Part shown: piece by piece, positions 1-10,301 of the stretch | Layout of the letters: each line of letters opens with the position of its first letter | How positions within the stretch are numbered: position 1 is the first letter of the stretch | NCBI GenBank assembly: GCA_963700985.1 | Contig: OY969554.1 | Span: 256,001 to 320,000 of the forward strand | Length of the DNA stretch: 64,000 nt | Source: an uncultured Chlamydiales bacterium | GTDB taxonomy: Bacteria > Chlamydiota > Chlamydiia > Chlamydiales > Rhabdochlamydiaceae | Direction: 5' to 3' | Notes under the pieces: generated by a model | Told to the model about the DNA's origin: nothing | Databases searched by the model: none | Seen by the model: only the letters and a program-made list of their open reading frames with translations | Translations under genes and position numbers: made by a program

Positions 1-1893
1 TGGCGCCTGGCGTAGTGCAAGCAGCGCAAACTGATAGCCCGAGGTGCGATTTTGGGCACTGCTCTCATGCAGGCGGAAGGTGATCTCTTCGGTTAAAATT
101 GGTAGCAGTGGATGTCTGGGATATTTACGCAGGGCTAGCTCTAAGCATTTGATCTCATCTTCAAGCTCGTGCCAGGCTTTATAAACAAGAGATTTGCCTA
201 AATATTCTAAAGGCGCACCAGGCGTATTTCTGAGTTTTCCAAATTCTTCAAGCGCCAGAGAAAATAGCTGCGTTTGCCGCGTCTGTTTTTTTTCGGCTAG
301 AGCCTCTTCTAAAAGCGTAATGCCGGCACGAAAGAGCGCTTCTCTACCTTCGGCTCTTCCTGGAAAACAGTAGCTAATGCGGCGGTATTCACTTAATGCT
401 TTGGCGTACAGGCGATTGGCTAAGAAGGCATCTGGAACAGCTAAACAGTTGACTTGAGCGCTTAAACTGCCCACGAAAACTTTTAAGCTTTCCATTTGAA
501 AATCATCATCGCGAAAGAGCAGGCCGATATGCGTGCCGACAATCGGACGGTGGCTGAGATAATGCAGCTGCAGGCGGCCATCTAAGAAGAAGCGTACGTG
601 GTTGTCTAATTTTTCTATACTTAGCGTATGCCATATATTTGGTTTCAAACTGAGCTCTGTGGCATGCATCACTTCTACGCCCGAGCGAAACAGTTTTGTG
701 GCTGATTTTTGATCTGAACTAACCCAAAGAGAGTACCCATCGGTTAAGCCAGTTCGTTCAGAGTTTTCTGGAACGCACAGAAGAATGCCGATGCCTTTGC
801 CTTCAGGGCCTAAACAGATGCGTGTCTCGATGCGCGTATTGCCCGGAAATGAGGCTTTGGAGATCATTAAGTTGACCCACTCCATGACATCGGGCTGGCG
901 CGTGATGGCGAGGTGTTTAGCCATCAAGATATTCTCTTGAAACTCCCAGTCGCGCTTATCGCGGATATTAAGCTCAGCAGCTGGGATCCATTCTGGTCGA
1001 CCTTCGCTATAATTCTGCAGTTCATTGATTAAGTCTGAAACAGTTTGATAGCGCTGTTCTTTTTTAGGCGAAAGACACTTTTTAGCAATGGCTGCCAATT
1101 GTAAGGGTATGTCTCGATAGGGGGCAATTTCAATAGGATCTAAGATCTCTTCGCGAGACATGTGCTTGCGATATTCGGGCAATGTGGTGCGTTGAAAAGG
1201 CAGGCGCAAGGTGAGAAGTTGGTAAAGAATCACACCTAAAGCGTAGATGTCGGTGCGAAAGGAGGATTTTTCGCCTTGTGCTCTTTCTGGAGCCATGTAA
1301 GCCAATGTGCCGGGAGTTTGCCCGGGATTGGTGAGTTCAGGATGCGCATGTTCAAGAGAGGGAAGTGCTTCGTCTTTTCCGGCTAGATCTGCTAAACCCC
1401 AATCTAAAATCACCACCTCGCCATACTTTCCAATGATAATATTATCGGGCTTAAGGTCGCGATGGAGGACGCCTTTGGAGTGCACATAGGCAATCGCATG
1501 GCAAATGTCTAAAAAGATGCGTATAAGCGCGGGGACTGAGGCTCCGATAGGATGTAGAGTTTCGCCTTTTTTTTCTTGTCGACGCGTGGTGATTAAAATT
1601 TCTTTTAATGTTTCGCCTTCGACATAGGGCATGGTGTAATAAGCGCCACTCTTGTCGTCGCAGATGTTATAAATTGGAATGATGGAGGGGTGGGTGAGCT
1701 GTGCTGCGATTTTGGCTTCGCGTAAAAAACGCTCATGCATGATCTTGTGCTTCAGCATATCTGTGCGGATCTTTTTTAAGGCGATCTGCCTGCCGCAGCT
1801 TGGGTCTTTAGCTAGATAGACCTCTCCCATGCCCCCTTTGGCAAGGGTGCGGATGAGTTCGAAAGGTCCAATTTTTCCAAGTAGTTCGTCCAT
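1..1893 (-). CDS. pknD: Ser/Thr protein kinase, chlamydial PknD-like (3' end runs off the window)
   Basis: Not in the ORF track. Reverse translation from ATG at 1893 gives MDELLGKIGPFELIRTLAKGGMGEVYLAKD...IALKKIR...HRDLKPDNIIIGKYGEVVILDWG...GTLAYMAPE, i.e. Hanks kinase motifs with the DWG variant, followed by a long C-terminal region. Confidence 0.85.
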   Translation of the reverse strand, partial: MDELLGKIGPFELIRTLAKGGMGEVYLAKDPSCGRQIALKKIRTDMLKHKIMHERFLREAKIAAQLTHPSIIPIYNICDDKSGAYYTMPYVEGETLKEILITTRRQEKKGETLHPIGASVPALIRIFLDICHAIAYVHSKGVLHRDLKPDNIIIGKYGEVVILDWGLADLAGKDEALPSLEHAHPELTNPGQTPGTLAYMAPERAQGEKSSFRTDIYALGVILYQLLTLRLPFQRTTLPEYRKHMSREEILDPIEIAPYRDIPLQLAAIAKKCLSPKKEQRYQTVSDLINELQNYSEGRPEWIPAAELNIRDKRDWEFQENILMAKHLAITRQPDVMEWVNLMISKASFPGNTRIETRICLGPEGKGIGILLCVPENSERTGLTDGYSLWVSSDQKSATKLFRSGVEVMHATELSLKPNIWHTLSIEKLDNHVRFFLDGRLQLHYLSHRPIVGTHIGLLFRDDDFQMESLKVFVGSLSAQVNCLAVPDAFLANRLYAKALSEYRRISYCFPGRAEGREALFRAGITLLEEALAEKKQTRQTQLFSLALEEFGKLRNTPGAPLEYLGKSLVYKAWHELEDEIKCLELALRKYPRHPLLPILTEEITFRLHESSAQNRTSGYQFALLALRQAP

Positions 1894-1976
1894 AACGTCT
1901 ACAGAATTGCCTGAAATAGATGTAAATAAGCAAGCTGAAAGTCGAGTTATTTCCCAGAAAAGATCAAATACAGTTT

Positions 1977-2064
1977 TTCACCACAGAGACACAGAGAACA
2001 CAGAGTGAAGAAAAGAAAATCTTATTCCTTCTTCACTCTGTGTTCTCTGTGTCTCTGTGGTGAA
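1977..2064. repeat. Perfect 36-bp inverted repeat built from CACAGAG 9-mer units (family A, copy 1)
   Basis: Arm 1977-2012 TTCACCACAGAGACACAGAGAACACAGAGTGAAGAA and its exact reverse complement at 2029-2064; 16-nt loop. Confidence 0.95.
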
Positions 2065-2092
2065 TCCCTGATTTCTTACATTTGCGGTTTTG

Positions 2093-2485
2093 TTATTTTT
2101 TCTTCTTTTTTTCCAGGCTTAAGGGGCCGGTGCCAAAGTAGGCGATTAAAAGCGCGCCACCGAGCATAGAGATGTTCTTCATGAACATGATTTGCTGCAT
2201 GCTCGCTCGCATCGGATCGCTGTATACCCAAAATTTGTGGATCATAAGCGTAATTGGCACTAGGAAGATTACGATTAACCAACCTCCCAGGCGTGATTTA
2301 TAACCAAGCAAGATGCTCAACGCACCCAGAATGCCAATAAGGCCTGAAATAGGAACTAGGATTGAGGCAAAGGGTACTCCTTGGCTTGCTGCATAGTTAA
2401 TCACAGGCTGTGTAAAGTGGTGTGGACAAGCGATGAGAAAGATCGCCGAATAGAAAATTCTTCCAAGTAGAACAACGAATTTCAT
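2093..2485 (-). CDS. DoxX family membrane protein
   Basis: 130-aa hydrophobic protein with LLGR at the N-terminus, HKFW, FMKNISMLGG and G-x-G-x-LSL motifs. Confidence 0.85.
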   Translation of the reverse strand: MKFVVLLGRIFYSAIFLIACPHHFTQPVINYAASQGVPFASILVPISGLIGILGALSILLGYKSRLGGWLIVIFLVPITLMIHKFWVYSDPMRASMQQIMFMKNISMLGGALLIAYFGTGPLSLEKKKKK

Positions 2486-2550
2486 AATAAAACTCCAAAT
2501 TAACCTATTTTCTTCACCATGACCAGGTTAAGAATTTCTGTCAAAAGCCA

Positions 2551-2928
2551 TCAAAAGCCGTACTCTTTAGCGAACTGGTCGATGAGATCCCGGTCTGGCC
2601 ATTCGCTGGCAGTATGTGGCATAGCTTCACTAACGGTTGCTAAATTTGTGGATTTGCCGATTTCGCGCTTCAATTGACGTTCCATGGCTCGGTGGGTTCT
2701 ACCATAAATGCTGAGTGGAGGTGCATCCGTATGCCAGCGGCTTTTGCGAGTTTGTTTTCTATCTGTAACGTTGGGATACAAGTTCGGTTCTTCGAGGAGA
2801 TTAAAAACCCGTTCTTGAACGCTTTCGGACAGATCAGAGATATCGATGCTTTGTATGGTTGAATCAATCAGCGAAGCCGTTGTGCTTGAACTCATAGAGG
2901 GCGAGGTCATGGGACTAACGAGGTTCAT
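2551..2928 (-). CDS. Hypothetical protein with Ser/Thr-rich N-terminus (possible secreted effector)
   Basis: 125-aa ORF with a GGAGG RBS upstream on the minus strand; no family recognised. Confidence 0.6.
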   Translation of the reverse strand: MNLVSPMTSPSMSSSTTASLIDSTIQSIDISDLSESVQERVFNLLEEPNLYPNVTDRKQTRKSRWHTDAPPLSIYGRTHRAMERQLKREIGKSTNLATVSEAMPHTASEWPDRDLIDQFAKEYGF

Positions 2929-2986
2929 GAATTTTCCTCCTCTTTAACAGCTAGAATTTACGCTTATATTGAATTGCCTGAAATAG

Positions 2987-4012
<1,026 letters not shown>

Positions 4013-4027
4013 AAGTAAAAGAAGAAT

Positions 4028-4115
4028 TTCATCAGCGCAGAGAGGAGCAGAGTCGCAGAGAACGCTGAGAAGAAAGAGAGAAATATAGATCGTCTCTCTT
4101 CTCTGTGCTGATGAA
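4028..4115. repeat. Degenerate palindrome with CGCAGAG units (family A-related) at a convergent gene junction
   Basis: TTCATCAGCGCAGAGAGGAG pairs with CTCTTCTCTGTGCTGATGAA (two G-T pairs), with extra CAGAG units inside. Confidence 0.75.
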
Positions 4116-4135
4116 GTTTACTCTTTCTTCAGGGG

Positions 4136-4513
4136 CTATTTTTTCTTTTGTTGTTGATCTTCTTCGATCTCTTCATTTAGGTCTTCTTCATACTCTTCTT
4201 CGGAAGCTGTTGTGCTATCGAAGTATTCACGGAAGAAGAGGTAAATAGCACCCACTACAAAGATCACAGGCAGCAGCACCCGCTCAGACCAGCTGAGCTG
4301 GGCAATTACAAAGACGCCGATAAAAACGAAGAGTGTAACCGCCATATCATAGTAGCGCGAAAGAAAAAACTGACGTAGCGCAAGGGGAATGCCAATAACT
4401 AGCATGATGCCTGGCCACCAGAGGTTGATGTAGGAAAGGATGGCAAGCCCAACTATAAATAAGGCTGTACAATAGGCTTTAGCTTTCTTTTTGGAGACGA
4501 GTAGATCCTTCAT
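4136..4513 (-). CDS. Hypothetical 4-TM membrane protein with acidic C-terminal tail
   Basis: ATG at 4513 preceded by GGAGG; four hydrophobic segments, then EEEYEEDLNEEIEED. Confidence 0.75.
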   Translation of the reverse strand: MKDLLVSKKKAKAYCTALFIVGLAILSYINLWWPGIMLVIGIPLALRQFFLSRYYDMAVTLFVFIGVFVIAQLSWSERVLLPVIFVVGAIYLFFREYFDSTTASEEEYEEDLNEEIEEDQQQKKK

Positions 4514-4542
4514 CGAATCCTCCCTTTTTTTGCACCTTACCA

Positions 4543-7500
4543 CTAGGTGAGGCGGGAGGCAAGATATTTGCTGGTATGAGATTTTTTAACTTTTGAGACC
4601 TCTTCGGGAGTGCCAGTAGCTACGATCTGGCCACCTTTTTCTCCGGCATCGGGGCCGAGATCTACGATGTAGTCGGCATTCACCATAATATCTAAGTTAT
4701 GCTCGATGATGATGAGAGAATTGCCTTTGTCGACTAGCGCATGGAAGATAGTGAGCAACTTGAGAATGTCTTCGCTGTGCAAGCCAGTAGTGGGTTCATC
4801 GAAAAGATAGAGCGTTTTACCCGATGAGCGCTTAGCCAGTTCTCGGCTGAGTCTTAGACGCTGAGCTTCACCGCCGGAAAGCGTGGTGACTTCTTGATTG
4901 AGTTTGAGATAACCCAAGCCCACCGAGATTAAAGTGTCGAGCAGACGGTTGACTTTTACCAGAGGGATTTCCCATTTGCGCAGCTCATCGACGGTCATGC
5001 TTAAAATTTCGCCTAGATGCTTGTTTCGATAAGTGACTTGAAGGCTGACAGGGTTGAAACGGAAGCCGCCGCACGATTCGCACGGGACTTTGACCGGAGG
5101 AAGGAATTGCAGTTGGATGCTTTTGGTTCCCATGCCCCAGCAGGTTGTACACATCCCTTTGCGATGGTTAAAGCTGAAACATTTGGGGGCAAGGCCACGC
5201 GCTTTAGCAAGAGGGAGATCAGCAAAGAAAAAGCGCAAAGGCGTAAGTAGATCGCTATACGTGCTCACATCGGCGCGCGCAGTTTGCCCGAGCGGATTCT
5301 GATTGAGTACCACCAGTTTTTCGAAGTCGCCGAGACCACTAACATGTGCATGCGCTAGCTTTGTTTCATGGATGGGCTCTTTTTTTCTGAGCGCAAGCGC
5401 AGAGCTTACTGCCGGTTTTAAAAGATCGTTGATCAGGGTTGATTTACCTGAGCCTGAGACACCCGTTATACAGCAGAAAACACTAGCAGGGAGTTTTACA
5501 CTGACTTTTTTTAAGTTGTGCAGCGTAGCATTTTTGATTTCGATCCATTTTTTGGGTTTGCGCCGCTCTTTGGGAAAAGGAATGATTTTGCGTCCGCTTA
5601 AATAGGCGCCTGTAAGCGAGTGTGGATCTGCTTTAATCTCTTTGAGCGTACCTTTAGCGATAATCTTGCCACCTTCTTTTCCTGCGCCTGGACCAAAATC
5701 TAGAATTTCATCGGCAATGGCCATGGTCATCGGGTCGTGCTCAACTAGAAGAAGTGTATTTCCGAGATCGCGCAGCTGGATCAGCGCGCGATTGAGTTTT
5801 TCATTGTCATAGGGATGTAAGCCAACTGTAGGTTCATCCAGAACGTATAAACAGCCTGTAAGACCACTACCTAATTGCCGGCTGAGGCGGATGCGCTGCT
5901 CTTCCCCACCGCTTAAACTGGGTGCGGCGCGATCTAAGGAGAGATAACTTAAGCCTATAGCTTTTAAAAAATGCAGGCGCTTGCTGACTTGCTTTAAGGG
6001 CTCATCTAAAAAGCTCGTATCTTTATCGGTGAGTTTTAGCGAGGAGATGAACTCCAGCGCATGTTCTATCGGCAAGTGGCAGAGATCGGCAATCGAGAGA
6101 TTCTGGATGCGCACATTGCGCGCAAGTGGATTTAGACGGCTGCCTTTGCACGAGAAACAGGGCGCTTGATCTAATAGTGGTGCGATCTGTTCGCGCACAG
6201 CGCGTACGGCTGATTTAGCAGCCTTCGCAAAAACGGTGTTAATCCCACGCCAACGGAAGTAAGGTCCTCTTCTTCCCATAGGGACTTCTTTCTCAGAGCC
6301 GGCGAGAAGGATTTGCAACTTAGCAGGTGGGAGTTCGTCGAGACGTTTTGTGGCGTCAATCTTCTCTTCTCTTAAGAAGGTTTTAAATAACGAGAGAGCT
6401 TCGCTTGAGGCGTGTTCTTTCCACAGCAGATAGGCAAGGCCAAGTGGTGTGAGTTTAGCAAATTCTTTATAGCGCATCAGATCAGCGCCATATTGCACGC
6501 CGAGGCCCATACAATCTAAGCACATCCCTGCATCGGTATTGAACGAGAATGTATGCGGGGTGATGGGTGGATAGGATTTACCGGTGGAGACATCGGCGAA
6601 GGTGAGGTTGAAGAAGAGATCCTCTTCATCTAATGCTGCAACGATGATTCCGCCTGAAAGAGAGGCGGCTCGATCGACTGCTTCAAATAGGCGTGAGCGT
6701 ATGTTCTGATCGATTTTTAGACGATCGATGACTAAATCTAGCGTGTTTTTGCGCTGTTTATCGAAGGCGATGGTTTCGTCCAGTTCATAGTAAGTATTAT
6801 TCAATCGAATGCGCAGATAGCCAGAGGCAAGCAGACGCGCTTGCAGCGCTTCCCAGGTCTCGTTTTTACGCTGCTTAATCGGCGAGAGAACTCTAATGGG
6901 TGTACCAACTGGCAGCTGCAGCAATTTTTCAACCACATATTCTTTAGAGATCGAACGGATTTCTTCACCGGTCTCAGGGCTGTAAGGAATTCCTAAGTGT
7001 GCAAAAAGTAACCTTAAAAAGTCATAGACTTCGGTCATTGTGCCGACGGTGCTGCGCGGGTTTTTTGCATGGCTGGTTTGTTCAATGGCGATAGCAGGCG
7101 ATAAACCTTCGATGTTATCGACCTTCGGCTTAGGCATCTGATTCACGAATTGGCGCGAGAAAGTGGAGAGCGATTCGACATAGCGTCTCTGGCCTTCTGC
7201 ATAGAGTGTCTCAAAGGCGAATGAGCTTTTGCCCGAGCCAGATGGCCCTGTGCAAAGCACGATTTTATCGCGGGGAATTTTCGTGTCGACAGCCTTTAAA
7301 TTGTTTTGGCTTGCGCCTTCCACCAAAATATAGGGAAGCGCGGCGCCCATGCGTTCACGTTTCTTTTTTTGGGCAGCTTGCGGAGGGGAGAGCATCGCAT
7401 GCAACGCCCGGCCCGTAGGAGTTTTTAATTTGGCGATCTTTTCGGGTGTCCCGCAGGCGACAATTTCACCACCTTCTTTTCCCCCTTCGGGGCCGAGATC

Positions 7501-10203
7501 GATGATCCAATCTGCGCATTTGACCAGGTCCATATTGTGCTCGATTACCAAGAGCGAGCTTCCTCGATCTACCAGCGCTTGCAATACACCCATGAGTTTA
7601 TTTAGATCATGAAAGTGTAAGCCGGTAGTGGGTTCATCGAGAATATAGAGGGTGCGCTCATTCGAAGGACGCGCGAGCTCTTTGGCGAGTTTTATGCGCT
7701 GGGCTTCCCCTCCCGAAAGAGTAGGCGAGGGCTGGCCGATTTTGAGATAGTTAAGACCGACGGCCGCCAGCGTCTCAAGTTTCTTTTTAATGTAGGGAAT
7801 AGCTGAGAAGAACTCTAGCGCCTCGTTAACGGTCATTTCTAAAATGTCGTGGATGTTTTTGCCTCGTAAAAGCACCGAGAGCGTCTTTTCATCGAAGCGT
7901 TTGCCGTGACATTGTGCGCAGGTGACCCACTCATCTTCCATGAAGTCCATATCGATCCGCGTCATTCCCATGCCGCCGCAATGGGGGCATGAGCCTTCTT
8001 GAACGTTAAAACTAAAACGTCCGGGTTGATAGCCGTGCGCTTTACTTTCGGGAAGTTCTGCAAAGAGCTTTCGGATCTCATCGAAGAGTTTTACATAGGT
8101 GGCAGGATTAGAACGAGGTGTGCGGCCAATGGGCGACTGATCGATGGCGATCACTTTATCTAGCTCGTTTATCCCTGTAATTTTTTTATGTTTACCGATG
8201 GATAGTGTCGAACCCAGTAGAGCATTGGAGAGAGCTGGGTAGAGAAGGTCGGTGATTAATGAGGATTTTCCTGAACCGGAAACGCCGGTGACGGCTACGA
8301 AAATTCCCAAGGGGATTTCAACCGTGACATTCTTCAAGTTGTGATGCGTGGCTTTCTCGATCACTAAAGCTTTTTGCTTAGAGCTGCGGCGTTTTTTGGG
8401 GATGGCGATGGAAAGTCTGCCCGAAAGATATGCGCCCGTAAGTGACTTGGGGGATTTGATGATATCTGCGAGGCTGCCGCGCGCGACGATCTCTCCGCCA
8501 AACTGTCCGGCTTCTGGACCGACATCCACAATGAAATCAGCTTCGCGAATTGTCTCTTCGTCGTGTTCGACTACGATGACTGTATTGCCGTTATCGCGCA
8601 GGGCTTTTAAAGAGGCCAGCAGTTTTAGGTTGTCGCGGGGATGTAAGCCAATGGAGGGTTCATCGAGAATGTAGGTAGCACCCACCAATCCCGAGCCGAT
8701 TTGTGAGGCAAGACGCACGCGTTGGGCTTCTCCGCCAGAGAGCGTGGGAGCGGTGCGTTCCAAGGTTAAATAGTGCAGGCCCACACCCTGAAGAAATTGC
8801 AAGCGCCTGATGATCTCTTTGAGCAGCTCATTGCCGATCATCTGCTGTTCGGTTGAAAGAGTGAGTTTTTCAAAAAAGGCCAGAGCCTCTTCCACGGCCA
8901 TGGCAGAGACTTGGTAGACCGTCTTTTTGCCTAATGTGGTTGCGGCCGGGTAAGGTTTAATGCGCGCGCCATGACAATCTGGACAGACAGTCTCTTCCAT
9001 GAATTGTTCCATGTTGCGACGGTAGGTGTCGCTTTTAGCTTCTAAATAACGCATCTTGGCTTCATGCAGCACGCCGCGCCATTGTACATAGTCTGTCCAT
9101 GTGGAGTGTTTGGTGGGATGCACAAAATGCATGCGCACCCATTTCTGTTCTGTGCCATAGAGAAAGACGTGTTTGGCTTTTTCAGAGAGCTTTTTCCAAG
9201 GAGTTTTTACGCTGAATTTATAGAGCTTGGCTAAGTTGTCATAGATATTTCCAAAGCGCACTGTCTGATAAGAGCTGGCGATTAGGCAGCAGTCGTCGGC
9301 GATGCTTTTTTCTGGGTCGATGATCTGATCGAGTTTAAACTCGAGATGTGTTCCAAGGCCCATGCAGGTAGGGCACATGCCTGCCGGATGGTTAAAAGAG
9401 AAGTCTTGTGGGTTTAGCGGCCCATAAGAGAGGCCAGATTTAGGTGAAAAGGCGAATTCTGAAAAGAGAGTTTCTTCGCGCGTTTCGACATTTTCAACGC
9501 TCATCAAGCCTTTTCCCTTATCCAGCGCACTGGCAATGGCTTCCTCGAGACGTCCTTTATCTTCTTTATTAACCACTAAGCGATCGATCAAGATGTCCAC
9601 GTCGTGGGCTACTTTGCCGTCCAGGGCAACCTGTTCGTTGAGGTCGATGATTTTTCCATCAAGACGCACGCGCGTAAACCCCTGTCTTAAAAGCTCAGCA
9701 AAATCGTCTTTAAATTCGCCTTTTTTGCCCTTGGCATAAGGGCTAAAGATGTAGAGTTTTGTGCCATTAGGGAGGGCCAGAATTTCGCTGGCAATCTCTT
9801 TGGCGCTGCGTGGCTTTACTGGCTCTTTACTCACTGGGCAGTGAGCGATGCCTACGCGAGCAAAAAGCACACGTAAGTAGTCATAGATGCCCGTGATTGT
9901 CCCCACTGTAGAGCGTGGGTTTTTCCCCGCTGTTTTCTGTTCAATCGCGATGGTCGGTGAGATGCCTTCGATAAGTTCAGCTTCAGGCTTGGGGTAGTCG
10001 GTCAGATGACGGCGAGCATAGGTTGAGAGCGACTCGATGTAGCGTCTTTGTCCTTCGACGTAGATGGTATCAAATGCAAGCGAAGACTTGCCCGAGCCCG
10101 AAACACCCGTAAAGATGATGAGTTGCGAGGGGTCAAGCGTAAGATCCACACCTTTTAAGTTGTGAACACGCACTTTTTTTAGGATGATCTCGCGGTTTTC
10201 CAT
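4543..10203 (-). CDS. uvrA: Excinuclease ABC subunit A, double-length chlamydial type
   Basis: Four Walker A motifs (GVSGSGKSS x2, GPSGSGKSS, GVSGSGKST), four LSGGE signatures and CxxC Zn fingers; start taken at MENREII. Confidence 0.97.
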   Translation of the reverse strand: MENREIILKKVRVHNLKGVDLTLDPSQLIIFTGVSGSGKSSLAFDTIYVEGQRRYIESLSTYARRHLTDYPKPEAELIEGISPTIAIEQKTAGKNPRSTVGTITGIYDYLRVLFARVGIAHCPVSKEPVKPRSAKEIASEILALPNGTKLYIFSPYAKGKKGEFKDDFAELLRQGFTRVRLDGKIIDLNEQVALDGKVAHDVDILIDRLVVNKEDKGRLEEAIASALDKGKGLMSVENVETREETLFSEFAFSPKSGLSYGPLNPQDFSFNHPAGMCPTCMGLGTHLEFKLDQIIDPEKSIADDCCLIASSYQTVRFGNIYDNLAKLYKFSVKTPWKKLSEKAKHVFLYGTEQKWVRMHFVHPTKHSTWTDYVQWRGVLHEAKMRYLEAKSDTYRRNMEQFMEETVCPDCHGARIKPYPAATTLGKKTVYQVSAMAVEEALAFFEKLTLSTEQQMIGNELLKEIIRRLQFLQGVGLHYLTLERTAPTLSGGEAQRVRLASQIGSGLVGATYILDEPSIGLHPRDNLKLLASLKALRDNGNTVIVVEHDEETIREADFIVDVGPEAGQFGGEIVARGSLADIIKSPKSLTGAYLSGRLSIAIPKKRRSSKQKALVIEKATHHNLKNVTVEIPLGIFVAVTGVSGSGKSSLITDLLYPALSNALLGSTLSIGKHKKITGINELDKVIAIDQSPIGRTPRSNPATYVKLFDEIRKLFAELPESKAHGYQPGRFSFNVQEGSCPHCGGMGMTRIDMDFMEDEWVTCAQCHGKRFDEKTLSVLLRGKNIHDILEMTVNEALEFFSAIPYIKKKLETLAAVGLNYLKIGQPSPTLSGGEAQRIKLAKELARPSNERTLYILDEPTTGLHFHDLNKLMGVLQALVDRGSSLLVIEHNMDLVKCADWIIDLGPEGGKEGGEIVACGTPEKIAKLKTPTGRALHAMLSPPQAAQKKKRERMGAALPYILVEGASQNNLKAVDTKIPRDKIVLCTGPSGSGKSSFAFETLYAEGQRRYVESLSTFSRQFVNQMPKPKVDNIEGLSPAIAIEQTSHAKNPRSTVGTMTEVYDFLRLLFAHLGIPYSPETGEEIRSISKEYVVEKLLQLPVGTPIRVLSPIKQRKNETWEALQARLLASGYLRIRLNNTYYELDETIAFDKQRKNTLDLVIDRLKIDQNIRSRLFEAVDRAASLSGGIIVAALDEEDLFFNLTFADVSTGKSYPPITPHTFSFNTDAGMCLDCMGLGVQYGADLMRYKEFAKLTPLGLAYLLWKEHASSEALSLFKTFLREEKIDATKRLDELPPAKLQILLAGSEKEVPMGRRGPYFRWRGINTVFAKAAKSAVRAVREQIAPLLDQAPCFSCKGSRLNPLARNVRIQNLSIADLCHLPIEHALEFISSLKLTDKDTSFLDEPLKQVSKRLHFLKAIGLSYLSLDRAAPSLSGGEEQRIRLSRQLGSGLTGCLYVLDEPTVGLHPYDNEKLNRALIQLRDLGNTLLLVEHDPMTMAIADEILDFGPGAGKEGGKIIAKGTLKEIKADPHSLTGAYLSGRKIIPFPKERRKPKKWIEIKNATLHNLKKVSVKLPASVFCCITGVSGSGKSTLINDLLKPAVSSALALRKKEPIHETKLAHAHVSGLGDFEKLVVLNQNPLGQTARADVSTYSDLLTPLRFFFADLPLAKARGLAPKCFSFNHRKGMCTTCWGMGTKSIQLQFLPPVKVPCESCGGFRFNPVSLQVTYRNKHLGEILSMTVDELRKWEIPLVKVNRLLDTLISVGLGYLKLNQEVTTLSGGEAQRLRLSRELAKRSSGKTLYLFDEPTTGLHSEDILKLLTIFHALVDKGNSLIIIEHNLDIMVNADYIVDLGPDAGEKGGQIVATGTPEEVSKVKKSHTSKYLASRLT

Positions 10204-10301
10204 AGTGGTGCACATAATAGCCCGACCGCTCGATTCTTGCAATCTTGGCTGCGGGGCAGTAAGCTGAGGGGGTGACTCAAATTATTTGCACGAGGAGCGC
10301 T

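Noticed and set aside
4543-10203. Double-length UvrA as a novelty or misassembly
   Set aside because: Duplicated UvrA is established for chlamydiae, and the two halves are clearly diverged.
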